Positions 21,796 to 32,895 of a stretch of 42,089 nucleotides of DNA are shown in pieces (positions within the stretch are counted from its first letter, which is position 1; each line of letters begins with the position of its first letter). Location of the stretch: positions 73,717,803 to 73,759,891 of the forward strand of contig NC_068982.1 in the NCBI RefSeq assembly GCF_001194135.2, read 5' to 3'. Origin of the DNA: Octopus bimaculoides (taxonomy: Eukaryota). The notes below the pieces were generated by a model, which ran no database searches, was not told the DNA's origin, and saw nothing but the letters and a program-made list of their open reading frames with translations. Position numbers and translations under genes: made by a program.

Positions 21796-21933
21796 TATGT
21801 GACAATTATTCGGTTGCCATAATAAGACTCCGAGTTTCGGATGTCGGGGCGGAAAATTGCTCCGGCATCTCGTCAGTTATCGAGGCAATCAAAAAATGCT
21901 ATAGCATTAAGGCAACCGAATAATTGTCGCATA
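21796..21933. repeat. 28-bp inverted repeat (21796-21823 / 21906-21933) enclosing a hammerhead ribozyme
   Basis: TATGTGACAATTATTCGGTTGCCATAAT versus reverse complement TATGCGACAATTATTCGGTTGCCTTAAT, 26/28 identical. Confidence 0.92.
21814..21888 (-). ncRNA. Type-I hammerhead ribozyme, apparently intact core
   Basis: Minus strand TTGCC-TC-GATAA (helix I 5') CTGACGA (21876-21870) GATG.CGG..CCG.CATC (helix II) C GAAA C-T-CGG-A-GTC (short helix III; GUC site 21828-21826) TTATT-AT-GGCAA (helix I 3'). All conserved core nucleotides are present; one extra C precedes GAAA. Confidence 0.75.
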
Positions 21934-22319
21934 TCATANNNNNNNNNNNNNNNNNNNNNNNNNNNNNNNNNNNNNNNNNNNNNNNNNNNNNNNNNNNNNN
22001 NNNNNNNNNNNNNNNNNNNNNNNNNNNNNNNNNNNNNNNNNNNNNNNNNNNNNNNNNNNNNNNNTATATATATATATATATATGTTTGTATGTATGTATG
22101 TATACACACACACAAATAGACATAGGTGAAAGAACATGGTATATATACATGCATACGTATGTATGTATATATAATGATTTCGCTTAGTCATTGCGATACT
22201 GATAACCAGTTGTTTGAATTCAATATACATATGCTTTAAGCAAACCGTAATATTGGTTTCAAATTTTGGAACAAGACCGGCAAAAGACCGGCACAAAACC
22301 AGCAGAGGAGGTAGGTAAG

Positions 22320-22435
22320 TGCTCAACTGGTACTTGTCTTATCGATGCCGAAAAGATGAAAGGCAAAGTTTATCTCAGCGGAATTTGAACTCAGAATGGA
22401 CGAAAAGCTGCTAAGCATTTTGCCCGGCGTGGTAA
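22320..22435 (-). mobile_element. SINE family B fragment
   Basis: ACTGGTACTTGTCTTATCGATGCCGAAAAGATGAAAGGCAAAG..GCGGAATTTGAACTCA..GCCCGGCGTG. Confidence 0.8.
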
Positions 22436-23559
22436 GGGTAGAAACCTGCTCATCGCCCTAGAGCAAAGCGTGGTATTAATGTATAACAGGTAAACAGAAG
22501 TCTCGCACTCAACCTCATCAGCTTACAGCTGTTTCTACTTTAAAAAGCATTTTATAACTCAGAGTTGAATTCTTGTATAACATCCTATATACATGCATGT
22601 ACATAGATGTGTGTGTGCGTAAGTGAATTCAACATAAAAGAGGCTTTGTCGCAAGCAAAATGGGCAGGAGCTACGTAACGATATCGGAAACTCGTTCTCC
22701 TGACGGTGAGTAAAATTATATCGCAGAGTTGGAAAGTCTTCTGTATCTTCACCAAGAATCTCAGGGTCACGAGCGTTGCGCCCCTTAGCCTGTACGCTTC
22801 ACCTGGGTGTATGAGTGGCAATTAGGAATAAATTAGCTATCACCAGCAGAAAGATTCCACCTGCGATCTTTCATCAACCACAACCACCTGGAGCTGCCAT
22901 AGCTGACTCCATTGAGGCGTTGTTCAGTTGTTTGGGTTCTAAACTGAATTTCTGCAAGAAACAGCGCACTACTATTGCCAAGAAATCGCGGCAGCTATCT
23001 TCAGTGGGGTTTCCCGAGTATGAAGAAGCTCAGTTACTGTTTTACAATTAGGTAATCGACACTTTCTTATACAGCTGTCATCATGCATACCCAACATATG
23101 TGTTCATACCAGCGCTGTCTTCTTTCTTGCTCACTACATCTGATTCCTTTTATGCCTAGTTTTTCTCTCAACATTATGTCTTTCATGCATACTTACATTT
23201 CACATTCAAAGGCGCATGCTTACTTCATATGTTTCGAGTCTTCTCGGGTCATCTATATTTAAGTCCGTTGCAGGAAAGGAAATCTGCCAATAAAAAGAAG
23301 CGTCGATTCAATTAGAGGACCACTGCTTAGAGGGATAAATGTAGAATTCTACAGTATTAATTTATAATTGTGTGGAGAGCCATTTGTAAGTTAAACACCT
23401 TTCTTGGCCATGAATCCAGAACAACACCGTAAAGTAATACGAAATGTTGACTATTCAGCTGGCTAGCTGACTTGACTGACAATATATATAATGGTTATGA
23501 TAGTGTTGGCTTAGTTTTGTGGATGATAGATGAACTGTTGCCAATGAACTAGCCGAAAA

Positions 23560-24990
23560 CTCCATGCGACAGACAAACGCCGTACCGACTAAATATAAGA
23601 GACTAAGTCTCCGGATTATGCCAGTTTTTCAGGATTTTTGCTCCCGTTAAGGTACGGTCCAGGATGTTCTGGAAACCTTAATTTAGTTTTGTTTGGTGTA
23701 CTCTCCTCCTCTTTTAAACGCCATACGTAACTTGCCAGGGATGTGATGGTGCATCTTCCTAGTATCCTAAAAGAACCTGTGATTGTTAAGGCGATGCTTG
23801 AACGGACCTTCTGTAGATCCAACATGCTTGCATGTTTGTGGCCTTGTGCTGGTGGTGTTACAGCTGCTGTTGTTGCTGTCGCTATCGCTGCTGTTCCTGT
23901 TGTTACTACCGGATCCGTTGCTAGTGCTGCTCCTGCTGGTACCGCTACCGTTCTTGTTATTATTGCTCAACATGGTACTAGTATCGTAGTTGCTGCCATC
24001 ATAGCTACTGTTACTGTCGGATGCATTGTTGGTGCTGTTGTTGCTACCCTAGCTGTCACTATTGCCGCCATAGCCGTCGCTACTACTGACGTGGTGCTAG
24101 TGTTGCTGCCACAGGTGCTGCAATTGTTGTCACTGATGTTGTTACCGGTGGATGTGTAGTTGGTGCCGTTGCTGTTGTTGCTGCCAACGCTGCCGCTGCT
24201 ACCGCCACTGCTGGACGCCATCTCGGCCTCATAGACCACGCCTTCGAAGTTGTATCGACACCCCCACTGGGCACCCACTGCTAACCCCGAATGAGCATCC
24301 TGCCTCTACGCGGAGTTTAGGGGCGTCCACTAAATTTTTTTTACTCTGGGCGCACACAACTAAAAAAGATCCTCAAGTTCTGTCTATTAAACAATTGCCT
24401 GTATCTATGTGGCTCTGTAAAGTATTCGTCCATGAATATATAAGAAATATCCTTCCTATACAGGCTTTGACGTTGAGTGAGAAGGATGGGGGCAAATCAA
24501 ACGACTTTACGGTGGTGCTTCCTCTTGTGGGTGTTAGGACCCGACATGTAGGAGATGCGGTCCTTAAACCCACTGGACGCCAAAGTCACCTTGTAATAGG
24601 TGGATGTGGTGTCGAAAATTTCTTTAGTGGAGGACAGGTTCGAAATCCTCTTACTGGCACCCTTCACTAGGCTCTTGAACACGAGAGCTATGTGGCAGGT
24701 AGCTGTGTCAGTATATTACAGCCTTTTGTTTGATTTGAGGTAGAGCCTGTATGAACAAGTACCCAGGCCCAATGTAAGGGCTAAAAAGTTGACTGTGGTA
24801 GGATTGGTCTCAATCGTCATCTTGAGTCCAAGGGAGCTAAGGGTGCGAATTAGGTCTTTTCTAAACCTGTCTATGGTAAGCTCGCTAGAGCCTCTACAGA
24901 TGGCTAAAGCATCATCTCTGTATAGATCAAAAGGACTGACGGGAGCCTCTTCGTTAAGGTGTCCTGTGTATACAATCCTATGAGGTTGTA
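23560..24990 (-). mobile_element. Penelope-like retroelement (RT + GIY-YIG), 5'-truncated and disrupted
   Basis: RT: DLYRDDAL (24922-24911)..DRFRKDLI..LGLKMTIETN..VNFL; thumb RISNLSS..IFD...YKVTL..SG and FDLPPSFSLNVK..IGRIFL; Cys linker GCS..GCP..GC; GIY-YIG GVVYEAE...HVGSTEGPFKHRLNNH..SLASYVWRLK..PYLNGSK. Confidence 0.92.
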
Positions 24991-25070
24991 AATATCCGCG
25001 CTATCGAATGCTTAACCCACTATGCATCATACTTAATGGAAATACATTGTCTATAGAACATTTACTCCAG

Positions 25071-25503
25071 TATTTTTCCTGAGATAACGTATCTTATAGA
25101 CTTGCTGTGTTAAGAACACAATAAATATCAGAAGAGAAGAGAGGGGAAGAGAAAGGAGAGAGAGAGAGAGAGAAACAGACAGACAGAGACAGAGACAGGC
25201 AGACAGACAGATACAGACAGACAGACAGACGGACAGAGATGAAAATTAGCGCTTGCAGCGGCCAGTGAGAACGCCAGATGCACTTCGGCATTTTGGGGCA
25301 TTTTCAGTGGTGCTTACTTGCGGCCAATAACATGCTCAGACGCGAATTTATCGCCTCTAATGTAGGTAAAAGTGAATAAAGTTATTCGCATTGATATTGC
25401 AAATGGCCGCTCGAAAAACCAGGGATGACTTATCGTCACCCTTTGATATTTATTGTGTTTTTAACACCTCATGTCCATATGAGACGTTATCTCAGGACAA
25501 ATA
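25071..25503. repeat. Inverted repeat, 60-bp arms (25071-25130 / 25444-25503)
   Basis: TCCTGAGATAACGT..GTGTTAAGAACACAATAAATATCA pairs with TGATATTTATTGTGTTTTTAACAC..ACGTTATCTCAGGA. Confidence 0.85.
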
Positions 25504-25648
25504 TCACAGTAACTAGCCTATCGACAGTGAACTTACATAGATACTTATTTTAGTTTAATTCTGCCTCAATTGCGATACACACGCGCGAGCACACACACAG
25601 TTACCCACTCACTCACACAATATATACTCATATACGTATATGTGTATG

Positions 25649-25684
<36 letters not shown>

Positions 25685-26532
25685 GGTATATATGCATTTA
25701 TCTACGTGTGTATATATANNNNNNNNNNNNNNNNNNNNNNNNNNNNNNNNNNNNNNNNNNNNNNNNNNNNNNNNNNNNNNNNNNNNNNNNNNNNNNNNNN
25801 NNNNNNNNNNNNNNNNNNNNNNNNNNNNNNNNNNNNNNNNNNNNNNNNNNNNNNNNNNNNNNNNNNNNNNNNNNNNNNNNNNNNNNNNNNNNNNNNNNNN
25901 NNNNNNNNNNNNNNNNNNNNNNNNNNNNNNNNNNNNNNNNNNNNNNNNNNNNNNNNNNNNNNNNNNNNNNNNNNNNNNNNNNNNNNNNNNNNNNNNNNNN
26001 NNNNNNNNNNNNNNNNNNNNNNNNNNNNNNNNNNNNNNNNNNNNNNNNNNNNNNNNNNNNNNNNNNNNNNNNNNNNNNNNNNNNNNNNNNNNNNNNNNNN
26101 NNNNNNNNNNNNNNNNNNNNNNNNNNNNNNNNNNNNNNNNNNNNNNNNNNNNAGAAAATGGAGCAAGCTTTTGATCAACAAGCAAATTGGCCAACATCGG
26201 TTAATTATTTTTAAATACAAATCATAACATAACATTTGTTTATTCAGTTATTACCTGTACCCTATGAGCATAGTGTGCTTGCATACCCACGGCCAGGGAT
26301 AGTATAGGTAAATGATACCGGCAGTAAGAACGGATATTCTAATCCCTTAGACGGTTATTCCAACCGCTATCTCTGCTTACCTATGTATATATATTGATGC
26401 GACCACCGAAAAACAAATTAATGTTATATCCCTATTCCCCGAGCTGGGTTTGAAACCGTATTCTAGTTGTTGAGGACAATGGTATTTCCTTTGTCCTGTG
26501 AACAAGTACAGTTATTTTTAGCGTAGGAGTGA

Positions 26533-26556
26533 TCGGTGACCCTTTCCGGTCACCGA
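26533..26556. other. Perfect GC-rich hairpin
   Basis: TCGGTGACC-CTTTCC-GGTCACCGA, 9-bp stem with 6-nt loop. Confidence 0.85.
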
Positions 26557-26674
26557 AAGTTCAGAAAAACAAGTTAAGGAACTGTACTAAACTGACCCAG
26601 CTTTGGAGGGAGTAAGGTAGCACTATTGAGCTACGGTATTTGTGATAAATACGACAGCGAGATTTGGGGACGGG

Positions 26675-26808
26675 GGTTGGCGAGAAGAGTTGGCATCGAG
26701 TAGTTGGCATCGGGCAGTTGGCGTGAGCGGTTGGCCAGGGCAGTTGGCGTGAGGAGTTGGTATCAGGCAGTTGGCATCGAGGAGTTGGTGGACGGCAGTT
26801 GGATGAAG
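26675..26808 (+). repeat. 13-14-bp minisatellite, about 10 units, core AGTTGG
   Basis: AGTTGGCATCGAGT AGTTGGCATCGGGC AGTTGGCGTGAGC GGTTGGCCAGGGC AGTTGGCGTGAGG ... Confidence 0.9.
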
Positions 26809-28124
26809 AACGAGAGCCAGTGAAGATGAACAGTGATAAGTCTGACAGAGAGAGGCCGAGAGAGAGAGCCTATGGTCAGCAGAAATGTATAGAGTCTCAG
26901 AGAGGGACAGAGAGATGGAACTGTGTGACAGGCAAGAGATTGTAGTAGTCAGTTGGTCACTTCTTGGATTGTAGTGGGAGCTTTGAAGGAAACGAAATTC
27001 TTGCGGTAAAGGTTTGTGTAAATATTCTTCAAAGAAAAATGTACTTGTTACATGATGTTAAAAAAACTGTTAACTTTTGTGTGATGTTAACTGGTGGAAA
27101 AGAAAAAGAAAGAACTTTGTTGTGACATGTTGTCCAAAGAAAAGAAAAACAAAGAAGTAGAAGAACTTTTAATTGACTTGATATACGAACTCTTGATTGT
27201 AAACTTTGATTATGCAATGTTCTGAAACCTTTGTTAAATGTTATTTCAATTGTTATGCAATGTTTTATTTTGATGATGATGATGTNNNNNNNNNNNNNNN
27301 NNNNNNNNNNNNNNNNNNNNNNNNNNNNNNNNNNNNNNNNNNNNNNNNNNNNNNNNNNNNNNNNNNNNNNNNNNNNNNNNNNNNNNNNNNNNNNNNNNNN
27401 NNNNNNNNNNNNNNNNNNNNNNNNNNNNNNNNNNNNNNNNNNNNNNNNNNNNNNNNNNNNNNNNNNNNNNNNNNNNNNNNNNNNNNNNNNNNNNNNNNNN
27501 NNNNNNNNNNNNNNNNNNNNNNNNNNNNNNNNNNNNNNNNNNNNNNNNNNNNNNNNNNNNNNNNNNNNNNNNNNNNNNNNNNNNNTATTATGGTCCTGAA
27601 AGGGAAGAAAATCGCTGTATTTCCAATGCACCACTCAACCGGAGCTCGTGGCTCTTAAATTGGAGTCCCAAGGAAGATCGAAATCCTGCTGGTGTAGGAA
27701 ATTCAGGTATCACACCAGTAAATCCAATGAGTAGGTCTAACGAAAAGTAAAACATAGTCCACATAAGAAGACAAAGAAAGCGTTTAGAATATCTTTAATG
27801 ACTAGTTACAATTGTTTCGAAACTTTTAGCGCCATTGGACTCAAAAGTTCTATGTGAAAAGTTACGTAATATTTGCGGTTTTATTTGCAGACTATTTCCT
27901 CCTGATAGAAGCGACATACAACATTTGGCAATCGTACATTATATGAGCACACTTTTTTGTGAAAGTGCCATCCAATGTATAAAAGGAGTGTCATCTAATG
28001 TATAAAACGCGAATATAAGGTAACCTTTTACATGAAACTTTTGTGTGCAATAGTATTAAAAGCAGAGTAGCATTGAAACGATTCTTTGCTTGTCTTTTTA
28101 TTTGGATTATTTTCCTCTTCTTTT

Positions 28125-28445
28125 TCCTTTTCCTTGTTTCAGTCATTAGACTGCAGCCAAGCTGGGGCACTGCCTTGAATTTTTAGCCGAATGAATAAAC
28201 CCCAGGCCATTTTTAAAACCTGGTACTTATTCTATAGAGGATCTTTTGTCGAACCGCTAGGTTACGGGGACGTAAACACACCAACACCGGTTGTCAAGCG
28301 GTGGTGGGCTTCTCTCAGTTTCCGTCCACCAAATCCACTCACAAGAGGCTATAGTAGAAAACTCTTGCACAATGTGCTACACAGTGGGACTGACCCGGAA
28401 TCATGTGTTTGGGAAGCAAGCTCCTTACTATGCAGCCACGCGCAC
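28125..28445 (-). mobile_element. SINE family A, lacking the central microsatellite
   Basis: Tail TTTCAGTCATTAGACTGCAGCC; GGTGGTGGG is joined directly to CTTCTCTCAGTTTCCGTCCACCAAATCCACTCACAAG (head side). Confidence 0.88.
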
Positions 28446-28974
28446 ACATATTCACACAATTCTTTGTATTACGACTGAACTCAGAATTTTGTATATGTCT
28501 CCTAAAAGAGATATCTTCTTGTTGGTACCAAGTGAAGGACGATTTCTTCGACCTTCTGTTTGAGATAGGTTTTGGTGAAACATGGATGGCATCAAAAAAG
28601 AGATATTTAAGATTTTGACGACGAACGATTGGAGAAACTTTCTCTTGGAACCAGACAAACGACTCAATAGAACAAAGGACTTTCTCTTCCATTGTTGACA
28701 AATAGGCAAAACATTGAAGTTCTTGGCACCAGAAAAAGAAAGCGAAATATTAAAATCGAACATCTTCGGTATGTGGTGTGATGAACGTGTGTGTATGTGA
28801 GTGAGCGTGTGTGTGTGTGTGTGCTAGAGTATGTGTGCGCTAGAGTGTATGTGTGCGCGCGCACATTCTGAAATGGGCAAGGGAAAAGGAAGAAAGGGGT
28901 GAGTGAGTGAGTGTGTGTACGTGCGTGCGTGCGTGAGTGTGTGAGCGTATGAGTGCGTGTGAGAGTGTGTATAT

Positions 28975-29220
28975 GACAGTGGTGATGATGGTCGTGATAA
29001 TCATATTGGATGGTGGTGGTGGTGGTGGTGGTGGTGGAGATGGTGGTGGTGGAGGTGGTGGTAGAGGTGCTGGTGGTGCTAGTGCTGGTAGCGATTGCAC
29101 AAATAAAGACAATGGCGATTTCGATGATGATGATAATGGTGATGAATATGATGGCGGTGGTGGTGACAACAACGACGATGATGACGATGATGAAGGAGGA
29201 GGTGGAGGTGATGATTGCTA
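28975..29220. repeat. (GGT)n/(GAT)n degenerate trinucleotide tract
   Basis: Direct reading. Confidence 0.92.
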
Positions 29221-29221
29221 G

Positions 29222-29400
29222 TGTTTAACCCTGGGTCAACCGTTGAGGAAGCGCAGACCTATGATCAAAGTTATTCAGCTGTCAGCATCCTATCTTTCAC
29301 TTTCACTTGAAATAGTGTTTTAAAGACTACATCATGCTGATATTTTTTGAAGATGATAGGATGTTGTTTTATATAAGATTAATTTAGTCGGGCAACCGTA
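29222..29400 (-). mobile_element. SINE-like family E, 3' fragment
   Basis: GTTTAACCCTGGGTCAACC..GCAGACCTATGATCAAAG is shared with 37262-37310 and with the reverse complement of 35370-35420. Confidence 0.65.
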
Positions 29401-30256
29401 TAAGACGACGAACAGCTGGCAAAGAAGATACGATACACATCGATTTGACAGACCGATACTCTTCGGTAACAACGATAAGAACGATTACGACGACGACAAA
29501 GTCGACAACAAAGGAGACAGAAGATAATGGCAATGAAAAGATGAAAGAAAAACTACGACAAATATGAGAAGAGAACGCTAAAAGATGTGAATATAAATAC
29601 GTCGACAGTAAAACAGAACTGACGATGATGGAAAAAAATGGCGAATAGAGGGAGAAAAATGGATTGAAGTTTTTGTCTGATTATTTTAAAAAAATAAAAA
29701 TAACAATAATGGGGAAGAAAATGAATGTGAAATAGGAAGAGATATCAATTAAATGTGAGCGATGAGAGCTCTAACGAAAAGAAGATAAAATTCGCCTGCA
29801 AAAAATAGAGAATACGATCAACATAAGATGAAGCAAAGACGTAAACATCAATTAGAACTAGAGCAACTTCTTTTATTTATTTTCTTATTTGCGTATTTAT
29901 CTATGTATTTATTTATTTATTTATTTTGCGAAGCAGACGATAGAGACATTCACAATTTTCGCCGACATTGTTGGTGTGGATTGTTATTTTATAGTCGTGT
30001 TACGTCAGCCATTTGCCGACGACTTGTTCTCGTCTGCTTTTGAAAGGGTGAACAGAGAGAAAAGAAAAAAATGACAACACATTCACACTCTCAACACACA
30101 GACACACACGCGCATGCGAGCTGCACACACGATAGCAGGCGCGCACATGCATATCTATATGTAGAAACCTATATAACAAATTATATATATATATACACAC
30201 ATACACACATGTATGCGCATACTCATGTACGCCTATATATATATATATGTATAACA

Positions 30257-30293
<37 letters not shown>

Positions 30294-30674
30294 GTATATA
30301 TATCTATGTATAACAATATATTATATATATATAATACATATATATAATATATATGTATGTATATATATATATATATATATACGGAACAACCGCGTTGAGG
30401 TGGTAACAACAATTATATATATATGTGTGTATGCACTTGTGAGTGAGTGCTTGTGTGGTGTATACTACGCATATATACTTATTCAGGTATGCATACACGT
30501 ACAAAGAAATTTGTTTTTTGTGTATGTGCCTTAAACGTTTTTGTTTTGTTAATTCTCTTCTTTCTTTGTCTCTCATATATTCCCTTTCTTTTTCTCTTTC
30601 TCTCTCTTTCTTTCTTTCTTTCTATTGTCTCTCCACTTCTCTCCTTATTTCTATAAATCGTCCTATCTGCTTGT

Positions 30675-30688
30675 TTATCTATCTATCA

Positions 30689-30736
<48 letters not shown>

Positions 30737-30749
30737 GTCTGTCTGTCTA

Positions 30750-30796
<47 letters not shown>

Positions 30797-30797
30797 G
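30675..30797. repeat. (TCTA)n(TCTG)n tetranucleotide tract
   Basis: Direct reading. Confidence 0.95.
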
Positions 30798-31189
30798 CCT
30801 AATTATAGCTCTTCTGTTCCTTCCCTCTTTCTCTGTTACGCTCTCAGTCACAAGCTCTCTCTTTTCTTTCTTTCTCTCTCTCTCTCTTTCTCTCACACAC
30901 ACACACTCTTCCTCTATATGTTTGTTTATTTATCTGTTAATGTTTATTCATATCTGTATATATATGGGGGGGGGGCGTGCGCGAGTGTGTGTGCGCGAGT
31001 GCGTGTGTGTGTATGTGTGTGTGTGTATGTGTGTGTACACATATGTTCTGCTATGTTGGCTTTTTTTATCTACATAACTCTAACCACTGCAACTACCACC
31101 GCCACCGCTTCATTCCTCACCCAGCCTATTACCACGACTCTCAGCCCACCACCGCCTCAAACACTATCACCATTATCTCTCTACCACCA

Positions 31190-31257
31190 CCATCACCAAT
31201 ACCTCTACCACTAATACCTCTACCACCACTACCACTTCCGTCACTACCACCACCACT

Positions 31258-31312
<55 letters not shown>

Positions 31313-31338
31313 TTATTACTACTACCAANNNNNNNNNN

Positions 31339-31377
<39 letters not shown>

Positions 31378-31439
31378 GCTACCACCACCACCACCACCAC
31401 CACTACCACCACCACTACCACCACCACCACCACCACCAT

Positions 31440-31486
<47 letters not shown>

Positions 31487-31870
31487 TTATTACTACTACC
31501 AATACCATCCCAAAGTTTGTCATCTTAATCTCTACTATTACTACGACTACTACTACTACGACTACTACTACTACCACTACTACTACTACCACTACTACCA
31601 CTACTACCACTACTACTACCACTACTACTACCACCACCACCACCACTACTACTAACATCGTCCTCAGTCCCTACCACAGACCTATTTGTAGCAACCACTC
31701 TCCCCCCACTACCTTCTTCCTACTACAACTGCTACCACCAACAACACCACCATCACAACCACCATCACAACCACTACCATATCACCATCAACGCTACCAG
31801 CATCATCACCGTCATCACTACGAGCACCGCCACCAACAGCAACAACAACAAGATACCACCACCACCACTA
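31190..31870. repeat. (CTA)n/(CCA)n trinucleotide tract
   Basis: Direct reading; source of the poly-L/V/P ORFs. Confidence 0.95.
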
Positions 31871-32179
31871 CTCCATCATATTCTACCCCCAAAAAGTCGA
31901 TGAAACAGAAATCGCAAAAAAAAACATGGAGGTGGGTAATGCAAATAAACGACTCGAGTAAATAAATAAATAAATATAATAAATAACTAATAAAGTGAAT
32001 GAATAATTGGGTAATGAAAATTAAGAGAGAGAGATGGGTGTGGGAGGGAATGTGTGAAATGAGAAGGAAAGAGGAAAATGGGGGTGGGTTTGAAGGAATA
32101 GGAAGAATGGTGGTGGTGGGGGGAGTGAAAGTGTGGAAAGAGAGGAACCGAGTAGAGATGAGAAATAATAGGTAGATAG

Positions 32180-32181
32180 GT

Positions 32182-32239
<58 letters not shown>

Positions 32240-32281
32240 ATAGATGAATAGATAGATATACAGACAAGACAGATAAACAAG

Positions 32282-32360
<79 letters not shown>
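32180..32360. repeat. (GA)n/(GACA)n/(GATA)n compound microsatellite
   Basis: Direct reading. Confidence 0.95.
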
Positions 32361-32361
<1 letters not shown>

Positions 32362-32855
32362 GGGGAAGTGAAGGAGAAAGTGAGAGAGGAAGACAGAGAG
32401 ACAGAAAACAAGAGGGAGGAGAGAGAAAATTGATATAGTGCTAGAGACACAAAGAAAGAGAATAGTTCCATATTTCTTAAGTTAGATAAAAAGAAGCGTC
32501 CATTTCAGTTAGCACACCTAGAGTGGAGAAAATGCCGCAATGACTATTTATTTTGGACGGCTATAGATCTCAAAATGTGACACAATCAGTGAACAACGCT
32601 TTTCCCAACAACTTTTCTTTTTTTTTTTTTGTCGTTCACGACAACCGTGGTGCTAGATTTACGGGGTACTTGCAATCTATCCTATGTCATTTCTGAATGG
32701 TCGCTCATACTTGAGACGTTCGATGAAAGCAATGTTGTATTTGGCACCAGCAAAGACTTTGACCGTTTGTGGAATAATTCAGTTTCCAGTCAGATCGTGT
32801 CACCATTGATGAAACTCTGTCTGTCTATCTTTATCTTTCTCTCTTTCTTCCCCCC

Positions 32856-32894
<39 letters not shown>

Positions 32895-32895
<1 letters not shown>

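Noticed and set aside
26675-26808. CRISPR-like array
   Set aside because: Constant core is only 6 bp, spacers are 7-8 bp and related to each other, and the context is eukaryotic with no cas genes.
27586-27750. Open frame from the gap edge (YGPEREENR...SRSNEK*)
   Set aside because: Only vague resemblance to LINE or Penelope C-termini; cannot be assigned.
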